Notes under the pieces: generated by a model | Told to the model about the DNA's origin: nothing | Databases searched by the model: none | What the model saw: the letters and a program-made list of their open reading frames with translations, nothing else | Assembly (NCBI RefSeq): GCF_036588685.1 | Contig: NC_086382.1 | Span: 47,554,001-47,618,000, forward strand | DNA: 64,000 nt | Origin: Mytilus trossulus | Taxonomy: Eukaryota | Direction: 5' to 3' | Program-made: the position numbers and the translations under genes | Shown: positions 35,761 to 48,442 of the stretch, piece by piece | Position numbering within the stretch: the stretch's first letter is position 1 | How the letters are laid out: each line of letters opens with the position of its first letter

Positions 35761-37532
35761 CCTAAAGTCGAGTGGTTGTTGTTTGTATCTCTAATCATAT
35801 TTTTCTTAGTCTATTGCGATCTTGATAAGAAAGGTCGAGTAGGCGTCATCTTACTTGTTTAAACCGGTTGCATTTTCCCCACCTGTCGTAAGTCAGGAGA
35901 CTATTGTTCGCCTCTGGTTGTCGTTTGTTAATGTGGATCATTGGTGTTTTTTTGTTTTACAGTTGTCATTTTGGAGCCCGTAAAAACTTGCTGTGAGACA
36001 AGTCTCCATTGTGTTGAGGGCCGAACTATGACCTGGAATTGTTTACTTATTATATAGTAGTGTGTCTTGAATAAATATTCGTCTCATTGGCATTCATACA
36101 AAATGTTCTTATTTGATATATAGGACCTGAAATTATGTCAAAGAAGATCAAGTTCAATGTTACCTTGGATATGAAAAATAGTGTCTGGTAGACAGATAAT
36201 TTTTTTCGAATACACTGGTACAGTACGGATTTTTTTCTATGAACAAACTATTTATCTTTTCCAACATTGATCTACTCAAATCTTTAGGCACTGAACTTGT
36301 TTTAACCCTTACCATGCTGTGAACGTCATATGACGGGCGTACCCGAACCACCGTTATTTGGCTCCAATGGCGTTCCATATATTTAGAAATCAAATTTATG
36401 ATACTTGATTTTCGAAATTTATGCATGTTCCCTCCACCTGAGGCTATATATTGTAATGTTTCTCTTGTATAAATTGCATTTTGAACTCTAAAACGAATTT
36501 GGAAAATTGAAATCGGGATAATATTGTGTTATCTGGATGGGTGGGCTTCCCTTCGGGGCCTGACACATGAATTTCATATGCAAAAAACTTTCAAAAAAAA
36601 AAGTGCATACCCACAGGCATATATTGTGTGAATCTCTATACCAATATAATTTGGTTTGTTTAAGACATTAAACGGAGCCATTATCTAACACTTGAAACTG
36701 GAAAGTTACATAAATTCCTAAATCCTTTTAAAATAATTGTTTTTTTCCCCAATAAATGGAAAAGACAACAAAATCTGGACACCCAAGGACAGCAAAAAAC
36801 ACGATGTCACATCGAAATTAGACCATGAAAGTATTGAAACCAAATGTATATGAGCCATATTTCATATAGCGAGCAAGAATCTTGCAATATCATTGGTTTA
36901 TTACCATGGTGTAAATAAAAAGCACCCCAGTTTACCAGATGATAAACAAGTTTTTGGAAAAAATAATAAAAAGTTTGAACAAAATGATAGTGCGCACACA
37001 TTGGTGTTAAATGTGAAGTGGACGATTTTCATTTTTTAACTTTTAGACCTGGTTGAGTAATTTCAGGGTAAAGGATCGGTTACTACAAACAATTGTTATC
37101 TATGTATACTCTGACAGGTTGTACGGAATATTAATATAATGCAAACATCCTCTAACTGGGCCTCACGTTGTATGATTTTAAAACAAAAAACCAATATCAT
37201 CGGGCCGGAACCCCTTAACTGATGCAAAGAGTGTTAATAAAATCCACTGTGGCTAAGGCCCAAGTTGTTTCATTTAAATATGAACTGTTGCTATAACATA
37301 AACTGTACATTTTTGTAGAATTATTATTTTTATCAAAAAATATCGTCTATATCAGGTGTTCAATTTATTTTATTATAATTCTGTTAGTTTATTTCACAAT
37401 ATTTCCAATCAGCAATAATTTATTGAGCGTCATGTGAATGTTTTTAATCATTTGATCTTGAAGTTAAATCCTCTGTTATTTTTTTTTATTCCTTTTTAGA
37501 ATATTTCTTCAACTTCTACCATGACTATTACT

Positions 37533-40500
37533 CTAGTTGTTTGCTGAAAGTATACAAAAAAATAGAATGATATATTTTTTAACCAAATTACAATTTTGTT
37601 TTGATCTTGATCTTATGATAATTTATATTACACATTTTTTTTTAATAAAATGAAGCTATCTGGCTGAAATAATCACTATTACCATTCCTGAAAGAGAAAA
37701 CAATCAGTAATACCATTCCTGAAAGAGAAACAATCAGTAGTACAATTCCTAAAAGGGAAACAATCAGTAATACCATTCCTGAAAGGGAAACAATCGGTAA
37801 TAAAATTCCTGAAAGGGAAACAATCAGTAATACCATTCCTGAAAGGGAAACAATCAGTAATACAATTCCTGAAAGGGAAACAATCAGTAATACAATTCCT
37901 GAAAGAGAAGCAATCAGTAATACAATTCCTGAAAGGGAAACAATCAGTAATACCATTCCTGAAAGGGAAACAATCAGTTATACCATTCCTGAACGGGAAA
38001 CAATCAGTAATACCATTCCTGAAAGGGAAACAATCACTATTACCATTCCTGAAAGGGAAACAATCAGTAATACAATTCCTGAAAGGGAAACAATCAGTAA
38101 TACAATTCCTGAAAGGGAAACAATCAGTAATACAATTCCTGAAAGGGAAATAATCAGTAATACAATTCCTGAAAGGGAAACAATCGGTAATACAATTCCT
38201 GAAAGGGAAATAATCAGTAATACAATTCCTGAAAGGGAAACAATCAGTAATACAATTCCTGAAAGGGAAACAATCAGTAATATTATTCCTGAAAGTTACA
38301 TCATCATACAGGCTCCAAATGCTTCCTTTATACGCCATAACTCTTTGTGGTGATCCTTATAAAGGATGCTTATAACGGAGGCAAGAAGAAGAAGAAAAAA
38401 AGGGGGGGGCAGTTTGAAAAGTGGTTCAAAAAAGGATATAAATCCATCAAATGAAAAGGTAAAACATTATATTTATTATTTGAGATGTTCATGTGTAAGG
38501 ATAATGATCATGACACAAGTAAACTTAAAACTGTCGAAACATTGTCAATCCACTACGTTAAAATGGTTGGTTGTTATAAGACTCTGCGGTTCAACATTGA
38601 TAGTAAAAACAAAATATCCGATAAAGAATGTTGAATGTAAATGATATGCAACTGTAGAGTCTTATATTATAGGACTGAATTTGCGCTGCCATCATCGATA
38701 AAATCGTGTTCGCTCCTCCTGCAATAAAAACTAGTACAATAAAATGTATGTCTTATAAGATCTTTAACACCATGTACCATAGAGGTGTTGGTACTCACGC
38801 ATTGAGGGATCAGATGTAAAGATACTATTTACTGTGCTCAACATGAGGGATCAGATGTGAAGTACTATTTACTGTGCGCAACTGTCAACATTAGGGATCA
38901 GAATGAAAGGTACTATTTACTGTTCGCAACATGAGGGATCAGATGTAAAGATACTTTTTACTGTGCACAACATGAGGGATCAGATGTAAAGATACTATTT
39001 ACTGTGCACAACATGAGGGATCAGATGTAAAGATACTATTTACTGTGCACAACATGAGGGATCAGATGTAAAGATACTATTTACTGTGCACAACATGAGG
39101 GATCAGATGTAAAAATACTATTTACTGTGCACAGCATGAGGGATCAGATGTAAAGATACTATTTAATGTGATCAACATGAGGGATCAGATGTAAAGATAC
39201 TATTTACAGTGTTCGCAACATGAGGGATCAGATGTTAAGATACTATTTACTGTGTATAACATGAGGGATCAGATGTTAAGATACTATTTACTGTGCACAA
39301 CATGAGTGATCAGATGTAAAGATACTATTTACAGTGTTCGCAACATGAGGGATCAGATGTTAAGATACTATTTACTGTGTATAACATGAGGGATCAGATG
39401 TTTAGATACTATTTACTGTGCACAACATGAGGGATCAGATGTAAAGATACTATTTACTGTTTGCAAAATGAGGGATCAGATGTAAAGATACGATTTACTG
39501 TTCACATAATGAGGGATCAGATGTAAAGATACGATTTACTGTTTGCAAAATGAGGGATCAGATGTAAAGTACTATTTATTGTCCACAAAATGAGGGATTA
39601 GATGTAAAGATACGATTTACTGTTTGCAAAATGAGGGATCAGATGTAAAGATACGATTTACTGTGCTCAACATGAGGGATCAGATGTAAAGATACTATTT
39701 ACTGTGCTCAACATGAGGGATCAGATGTAAAGATACGATTTACTGTTTGCAAAATGAGGGATCAGATGTAAAGATACGATTTACTGTGCTCAACATGAGG
39801 GATCAGATGTAAAGATACTATTTACTGTGCACAACATAAAGGATCAGATGTAAAGATACTATTTACTGTGCACAACATGAAGGATCAGATGTAAAGATAC
39901 TATTTACTGTGCACCACATGACGGATCAGATGTAAAGATACTATTTACTGTGCACAATATGACGGATCAGATGAAAAGATACGATTTACTGTTTGCAAAA
40001 TGAGGGATCAGATGTAAAAATACTATTTACTGTGCACAGCATGAGGGATCAGATGTAAAGATACTATTTACTGTGCACAATATGACGGATCAGATGAAAA
40101 GATACGATTTACTGTTTGCAAAATGAGGGATCAGATGTAAAGATACTAGCTATTTACTGTGCACAACATGAAGGATCAGATGTAAAGATACTTTTTACTG
40201 TGCACAACATGAGGGATCAGATGTAAAGATACTATTTACTGTGCATAACATGAAGGATTAGATGTAAATACTTTTTACTGTGCACAATATTTTTTTTTAG
40301 TATAAAGTCGTCAATTTACATTGTGAAAAATGTCTGGAGCTGGCATGTCGGTAAACTGCTAGTAGTCTGTTGTTATTTATGTATTATTGTCATCTTGTTT
40401 ATTATCTTTGGTTACATCTTCTGACATCAGACTCGGACTTCTTTTGAATTGAATTTTAAATGTGCGGATTGTTATTAATTTACTTTTCTACATTGGTTAG

Positions 40501-43500
40501 AGGTATAGGGGGAGGGTTGAGATCTCATAAATATGTTTAACCCCGCCGCATTTTTGCGCCTGTCCCAAGTCAGGAGCCTCCGTGGCCTTTTTTAGTCTTG
40601 TACTATTTTGATTTTAGTTTCCTGTGTACAATTTGGAAATTGGTATAGAGATCATTATCACTGAACTAGTATATATTAATTTTGTTTAGGGGCCAGCTGA
40701 AGGACGCCTCCGGGTGCGGGAATTTCTCGCTACATTGAAGACCTGTTGGTGACCTTCTGCTGTTGTTTTTTTTTCTATGGTCGGGTTGTTGTCTCTTTGA
40801 CACATTCCCCATTTCCATTCTCAATTTTATTCAAAAATAAAGTGCATACTGACATAGCTTACCTTTTTCACATATGTATTCATATCCTTGTATGCAAAAA
40901 ATGCCTCTCCAGTGGAAATCAAGATATCCTGCAATAGCAAGACAGTCTTGTCTCTCTGGGCGATCATATTTCATCATTTGTGGGTCTGTAAGAGGTTTGA
41001 AGTCAGAGACAGTAATTGGTGCTCCAGATATCCATTTCCACTCTCCTTCATTAGCCGAATCTGTACCACCAATCCAAGAAGCTAAAATTTGATAATTTTC
41101 AATTGTTAACATTCCTTTTCCAATATATTGTTTGTTTGTTTGTAGAATATGTTTTCTTTGTCCTGAACTTATAATTGGTGATAATTCCAGTGAATTCGTT
41201 GAGCAATAATCATTAAATTCTATTTTTTTTTTGCTGTAACACAACTGTCTTATGTCAAAGGGTCGATTGGGCGCTGACAAACATGTTTAACTCCGTCACA
41301 TTTTTATGTGCTTCTCCAAATGTCAGGAGACTGTAGTTTATTCGTTAACCATTTTTGTTGATTTGCGAGATCATATTGGTTTTTCGTTAATAGTTTTTCC
41401 CTAGTATCATTCAATTGTTCACATTATTTACGGTTCCGGCCACCTAAAGCCGACCATACGGGATTTCTCCATGTTGAATGTCGTATTAGTACTTGGATTT
41501 AAGTATTTTCGTAAACCCAAGTATTCTTATAAGCCAAACTGTAAGCTTGTCATTCCTCCATATAATATCCTTTTTGTATCACCTTTGTATTTTGTTTTGA
41601 ACTTTAACATGTTTAATAATTTACAAAAAAATGTTCTTGGTCTGACATTTTATTGTTAAATTTTGTGTTCCGTCATTAGTCCTTGGTGACTTAATCCTAA
41701 GTGTTTTTGGTAAATTACAAGACACTGCTTAAGCCAGACAGTGTATAGTCTTGTCTTGTATAAATATATATCTTGCTAATGATAAGATTTTGAACATAAC
41801 TGAAGTGTACAAATTGATAGTGTGCTTTATCTTGAGAAAAATTAAATAGTTTCGTCATGTACTGATTTAGGTTGTATTCGGCTATCCTTGTTTAGTAAGC
41901 TATAAAACCTGGTTTAATCCACCAATTTCATTGGAAAATACCTAGATACCAAGTCAGGTATACGACAATTTTCCACTCTGACATTCTGTAATTTGGTTTA
42001 GTTTTACGTCTGATTTTGTCAGTGTTTTTATAACTTGGAAATCAGTAATTTTGTTATTTTGTTATTTTGTTACAATTGGCATTCATACCTCATTTTCTGA
42101 TTTTTACATTACATAGACAAAACAAAACAATGCTTACTTCTGCGGCCTCTCATTGCTAATTTCCTTACAAATTGCAGCTCGGCCTGTGAATTAATTTCAG
42201 CAAGAGTTGCTCCCAATTTTTTACATTCTCTCTGAAAAAGTGACATTAGATATTAGATATTAGAGATTATCATATATGTAATACTGTACATCAAAAAATT
42301 CTGAATCGTTCATCTAGTGATTTATACCCGCTTAAAATATGCTCAATTCGAATGATTATAAAAAATCACCTTATGATTCTTTTACCTTGATTAATAAGTA
42401 GGAATAAAGAGTTTCCGAATGTTAAATTATAGCTAAGTGTTCATATTTCAGTGTACACCAATCTGTGCCAAACTAATTTAGGGTATGTCTGACCAAACAG
42501 AAATTTGAACTTTTCTACTACATCTACTATATGTTCAACTAAAAAATCTTGAAAGTTCTGTCTGTCAGAATGTTTTTGTCAGTCAGGTAAGTTTGGGATA
42601 CACTGTATGCACTGTACTTGTGTTCATGAATGACCAGTGCATGGTAATACTAATACGGGTTAAAGCTCGCAAAAAAATATCTTATTTATATTAATGTATC
42701 TAAATCTAAATTATGTGATTTTACCAATGTACATTTATCTGGTGTATTTGTGTCTACCATACACATAAACAAAACCAACCTGAGCACTATACCAGTGTCT
42801 AGATCTTTTCGCCTTTGATGCATATGAATCGTCACCAAGCGTCGCGCTTGAAAAATAACAAGAGTTTTGGAATGTTTGCCATCCCTGCGGACATGCTGAA
42901 AACAATAACATATAATTAAAAACATACTTATATACGTTGCATGAATATGATTTGCTAGAATAAAAGATTATTTGCAGAAAACGACAGGGTGATAGTAAAA
43001 ATTGCGATACTTAATGTTGTTTGCACAATCATATTCGTTAAGCCTCGGTCACTCCTTACCGAATAGTACGAACGGACGTCTAACGGATGAAAATAAAAGT
43101 TGTTCGTTGACAAATTAAATTGTTATCCGTTGGGAGTCCGTTGATGTACTGAGCAAATAAAACGGACGCGTATAACGAATGTACAAGGTTACAAGGTAGC
43201 AATACAGAGTTAGGAGTTTAGTAATGCATTTTGGCCCTTGTGGATTTTTCAAATAGGAAAATTATTGTGTAATAAAATTCATTTTTAGACAGCTGAGTGC
43301 TAATTTAAGCCTCCAAGGAAGGTTTATAAGAGCATCAAGATTATTTTTACATGTTTTATGGGCTTCTGTTAAATAAATTGACAATCCGTATTTTCATAGC
43401 TAGACCGGCCATCGGTCCAGAAATTAATGCAATGTTTGCAAACACTTTTTTTCTACACGAAGTTTTTGACGCAATTTTACAAAAAATGAGATGAAAGACA

Positions 43501-44336
43501 TGATTTTCGTTAGATTTGCTGAATGATATATGTACACAGTTTCAGAAAAGGTATTACTTCAAGCGATTGAAATTCTACTTTTAGTCAAATTTTTGGGAAA
43601 TATATGACATCTTTTCCCCTTTTTGCAATATTTTATAACAAATAAATGCAGATTGATGCCATGAATACACCCAAAAGAAATTATATTTTACCATTTTATA
43701 TACTGGATATAAAATCTATGGAAGATTCCGATTACATACATATGCCCATGTATGACACATTAGTAAACTTGATATATTGCAAGAAAGCAATAAAAAGGGG
43801 ATGGTAAAATTTATAATGGCAATTTTAATATTTTTCTTAAAGCCTCGGCCACACCTTACCGGATAGCACGAACGGAATATCCGTTTACATCATTTGGTAT
43901 CTATTTTATAAAAATCGCTCATACAATTACTTGGTAATATTTTTTTGAAAAAATACGATTTTAGTTGAAATGTTAGGACTTTTTTTTTAGTGAGAACTCA
44001 CTTTTGTCCCATGACTGTACATGTCACACGGCATGCAGGAATCGTTTAAAAACTGCATTTTACACTTGTTTTATGTTTTTTGCCCAAAAAAGGTCAAAAC
44101 AAAATTTCGCATCGCTTCGCTCGGCAATCTTTAAAATCTTTGCCCTCACTTTCCAAATTCCTGCATCCGCCCCTGCGTAGGGCTACCGCAACAATGAAAC
44201 ATATTTTATTTTTTTATGGCTCCATGGTTGTAAGTATGTTATCTTATCTAAATGCTATTGAATATTTGTTATATTTCAACTCACCTTCAATTGATACTGC
44301 TAACAGCACGATCGAAAGGACAATTAATTTCAGCAT
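37533..44336 (-). CDS. Secreted single-domain C-type lectin B (paralogue of lectin A), ~163 aa; exons 44336-44285, 42895-42780, 42231-42138, 41081-40863, probable last exon 37543-37533
   Basis: MLKLIVLSIVLLAVSIE|ACPQGWQTFQNSCYF..HWYSAQ|RECKKLGATLAEINSQAELQFV..|TSWIGGTDSANEGEWKWISG..FKPLTDPQMMKYDRPERQDCLAIAGYLDFHWRGIFCIQGYEYICEK|ANN*. Exon phases are identical to lectin A. The last exon is inferred from acceptor similarity and from the poly(A) context GTTTATTTCACAA shared at 37387 and 23939. Confidence 0.88.
37668..38295. repeat. 30-bp minisatellite (~21 copies) in the last intron of lectin B
   Basis: Unit TAC(A/C)ATTCCTGAAAGGGAAACAATCAGTAA. Confidence 0.95.
38803..40290. repeat. 41-bp minisatellite (~36 copies)
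   Basis: Unit ATGAGGGATCAGATGTAAAGATACTATTTACTGTGCACAAC. Confidence 0.95.
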
Positions 44337-44504
44337 CTTCTTTGTGTGTTTCTGTGTTAAGGTAAAACAAAATCACACCAACATTAAGGCAACAATAAAC
44401 AAGTGTTCATATGCATATTGGTACGAGACGAGTACGACTAAACATGACAAAGATCACAGACATAGACATAAAAGATGCAGTAATAATATAGTACAAATAA
44501 GTTG

Positions 44505-44872
44505 AAATAACACAAAAGACATGCTTGACAATAAATAACACAAAAGGTATGACTGACAATAAGAAATAACACAAAAGGCATGCTTGACCATGAGAAATAT
44601 TAACACAAAAGGCATGTTTGACAATAAGAATTATTAAACACAAAAGGCATTCTTGACAATAAGAAATAACACAAAAGGCGTGTTGGCAATAAGAAATAAC
44701 ACAAAAGGCATGCTTGACCATGAGAAATATTAACACAAAAGGCATGTTTGACAATAAGATTTATTAAACACAAAAGGCATTCTTGACAATAAGAAATAAC
44801 ACAAAAGGCGTGTTGACAATAAGAAATAACACAAAAGGCATGCTTGACAATAAGAAATATGAACACAAAAGG
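44505..44872. repeat. ~31-34-bp minisatellite with ~130-bp higher-order period
   Basis: AACACAAAAGGCATGCTTGACAATAAGAAAT variants; the block at 44571 is repeated at 44701. Confidence 0.85.
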
Positions 44873-45842
44873 TTCGATGTAGATCTATGCTTGCGGTAAT
44901 ATTAAGCTTTTATAAGTACCAATGGCAATACAGTCATGGGACAAAAGTGAGTTCTCACTCAAAAAAATGTTCTATTATTTCAACTAAAATCGATAGTTTC
45001 GATAGTTTTCAAAAACTATCAATCTATTTTTAGCTAAAATTGAGATTTAAAAAAATCGTGAGGGTTGTTTTCATTTTCTGATGGGTTAAACACAATTGCA
45101 TTTTTTTTACAATTTTAATTTGGTAAGAATAGTAAACTTTTCCAGAAACATTTTCCTTCGTATTCACCTTGTCAAAAAATTAAAATGAACATGAATAATA
45201 TCACGACCAAAAAGACAATAAAACTTTCAACATTCTTCATCTTACGGTATTTATTTTACATAAATTTGCCAGTTGAAATTTTTGGAGTGGGAACTATATT
45301 ATATAAAACAAAAAGCCAAAATCGAAAAATGCCGACACTGGCGACAGCAGACGACATGATTAACTGAACTACTATTGACGCAAAACGCATACAAAACAAA
45401 TATATTGGAAAGAAAATATTGAGGAAAGAACATTTTTTTCCGTAGCCCTTAGTCTAAGTCCTTATGATATTTTTCACTATTTGTAGTCCAGATTATGCAG
45501 ATACGAACGTCACTGAGTTTGAAAAAGAATAAAATAGCCTTTCTGGCTTTCAAGACGTAAAATTGTTTATAGTGGAGTACAGGGACCATGGACATAAGAA
45601 TTACGGTTCCGTAAATATAACTAGGGAAATATGTAACTAGACACTGATACGAATCGATGTACAGTTTTAATAAAAAGAGCAACAGAAACATTTTCCATCG
45701 TCAAAATTGACTCTTTTGTCATTTGAATTTGCAATTAAATTCCGAGCCAACCCTACTGTGTCGACCAATTATGTGTACAATGTACGCAACTGTTAAATTG
45801 CAATTAATTTTTTATATCTTATGTGTTTACAAAATTGAAATT

Positions 45843-45960
45843 CTTACATTTTTCTATTCTGACGTTCTCTTCCTGTTTTCAGCGTCTTTGTCAATGTAAA
45901 GAATGACGTCACAACTTTGGTATCTAACAGTCGGCTTCAATGCCGGTTTCAGTTCCGGTA
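45843..45960 (-). promoter_or_regulatory. Putative promoter / non-coding first exon of lectin B
   Basis: Donor AAAAT|GTAAG (exon end 45848), CRE TGACGTCA 45904-45911, CCGGAA 45958-45953; homologous to 31269-31384. Confidence 0.55.
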
Positions 45961-46597
45961 AAAAGTAAAATCACAAAAAAAACTGAATTCCCGAGGAAAA
46001 TTCAAAACGGAAAGTCCTTAATCAAATAGCAAAATTAGAAATGATAAAACACATCAAACGAATGTCAATATTAACAAAATTCAAGAATGACAACAATGTT
46101 AAATCATAACCCTCCATGGACGGAAAATAAACTATAGTGGCTACACACTGAAAGGATCAATTTTAACTGCTTTATAGATCTACTTGGTTTTTTTTTAATG
46201 AATGCACATTTTTATCTAGTGAAGCACAAACTGTTGTCACTCCCAAAGCTTATGAGATTTCACCGAATGATGGATAGGTGAAGTGGTATTATATGCCCAA
46301 TGTGTGTAGACGGCGGAGCGTGGTGACAAGGGGTCTCTTCCTTTATAAAGGCATGTGACGGACGTGTCGTTGTATTGGTGATCATTGGTCATTGTTGGAA
46401 TGTCAAATATAAATTGGGTATTACCGAGATTATCGTCACATCATATAAACTTGTGCTGTCTGCATGTTTAAAATGTTTTCCACAGATAATTGGCAACTTG
46501 ATTCCTAAGTACCATAACAATTATTAAAATAAAAAAAATGTTTTTGGAAACTGTTACGGGTTCGTAATTTTCATAGAAATTGTATAAAATTATCATA

Positions 46598-47800
46598 TAT
46601 TTCAAAGTTGCATAGTATAAGCCAAGTGGCGGTTCAAAAGAATAGAGGAAAACTGGAAATGAAGGGGTGGGATGTGAGACAAGGATGCATGGCATGCATG
46701 GGAGTAAAACTTAGGAATATGCTAGAAAGTTTTTAGGCTTTTCGTCTGGTAAAAATGGAGGAAATTTGGAAAAGTAGTGAGACGAAGTTTTGGAAGGGGA
46801 CCATATTTCCCGATATCTGTTAAAACTAGCATGGAATCAAGCCGATACATTTTTACTTTTAATGTACTGTTATTGTTAAAATTCATTTAATTCGATTGAA
46901 ACATTGACAACATAAGAAGACCAACATAGACCAGCATGCAATAGTTCGAGAAAAATATATTGTTGGGGTAATTTTGAAAGGAAAAAATCTTTTCTTCGCC
47001 GCCATGTGTAAACTTTATAGACTCTTAAACAGCTTTCCGAGGCTATACGTTCGGCCTAGTTGCTTTGATGACTTATAGAACAACATCTTCTTATTTTACT
47101 ATGGTTCTATGTCTATGTGAAAAAAGTTAAAAGCTCTTGCTAATACGTATTTTTCTTTTTTTGAATGGGTTAATTTGCTCAAAATAAGTCTGTAATTTAC
47201 TCTGATACATGAACAATTGTGAAAGTAAAATTTAGAAAAGAAAAGATATATATACAAGGTTGAAAAATCATTACATTTAGAAATAAAAGCATAATCAAAA
47301 AGTCAACTAAAAGCTAATCAAGCGGGGTTTCGAAAGACAAATAACTATATTGCTTTACTTAACTTGAATGAATCAACAAGATCTTGAATTCTTTGTTTTT
47401 TTTACCTATACATTGTACATTTGGAAAGTTCTTATTAAAGTTTTACGAGATGATATTCTTAAAAACAAAATCATGTAGTAGGATTAAAGTTGATATACAT
47501 TCCTTTTTTATGCAGTTTTTATTGAAAAATGACCAATTCAATTACTACGCTAAATTGTATAGTACTTTTGAATCTGAATTAACACTTTTTTCTTTCAAAG
47601 ACACATGTACCAGTACAATTTCGTCTCACCGCTTTTCCAAATTTCCTCCACTTTTTTCCAGACGAAAAGCCCAAAAACTTTCTAGCATATTCCTAAGTTT
47701 TACTCCAATGCATGCCATGCATCCTTGTCTCACATCCCACCCCTTCATTTCCAGTTTCTCTTTATCCTTTCGAACCCTTATGCTATGCAACTTTGAAATA
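46598..47800. repeat. Long inverted repeat: ~190-bp arms (46598-46790 and 47617-47800) with ~830-bp spacer
   Basis: GAAATGAAGGGGTGGGATGTGAGACAAGGATGCATGGCATGCAT..AGTAAAACTTAGGAATATGCTAGAAAG is present in reverse complement at 47675-47755. Confidence 0.85.
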
Positions 47801-48442
47801 CTCAGAACTGGTAGATTTATATATATGTCACTGGAATGGTACCAATGCACCTTGTGTGGTTTACACCAGACCATGATACTTTCATGTTACAATTAAGACA
47901 CTTAAATCAATGTTTACACCACTCTATTAATACATCCCATGGTCAGATAATACTTACGTGAAATGCCAAACAGCATGTGCTTATCATGCATGTTTTAAAG
48001 GAACACACGGATATTACATTTGTCATTTTTAATCAACACTTAAAATGATTGATATCTGATCATGAGAAATCATAGAAATAAGTTTTAAATTTCAACCTTT
48101 CGATATTGAATCACTGCTAGTGCGAAGAATCAAATACAGGTTTGTTGTATTCTGAAAAACGAATAGCTATTTCTTTAGTAAATATTTAACTGGCATTATT
48201 TATGTTAATATGATTTTTCAACTTCAATGAATGATGATTTCTCATTATTATATAAACAGCTTTTATCTTGCCATTATTCTATTATTTCAGTATATTATGT
48301 TTAAGTAAATTGTCATTAAAACGAAAACTTGTAATGTCAAAGGTTATTTAAATTATAGAAATTTGAAGCCGGAAGGTTACATTTAGAAATTATTTTTATA
48401 TCATTACAGAGTTTATAATCACAACTCGATCTGGTCGACATA

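Noticed and set aside
36160-37001. Coding-like stretch (ORFs 36160-36426, 36807-37001)
   Set aside because: Frames are interrupted by stops and show no motif I can recognise; possibly a decayed element but unsupported.
37679-38338. 219-aa Cys-rich ORF (CFPFRNCITD)n
   Set aside because: It is a reading of the 30-bp minisatellite. A unit length divisible by 3 keeps frames open by chance, and there is no signal peptide or other gene context.
44407-44866. Cys/His-rich ORFs (HAFCVISYCQ)n
   Set aside because: Translation of the 31-34-bp minisatellite.
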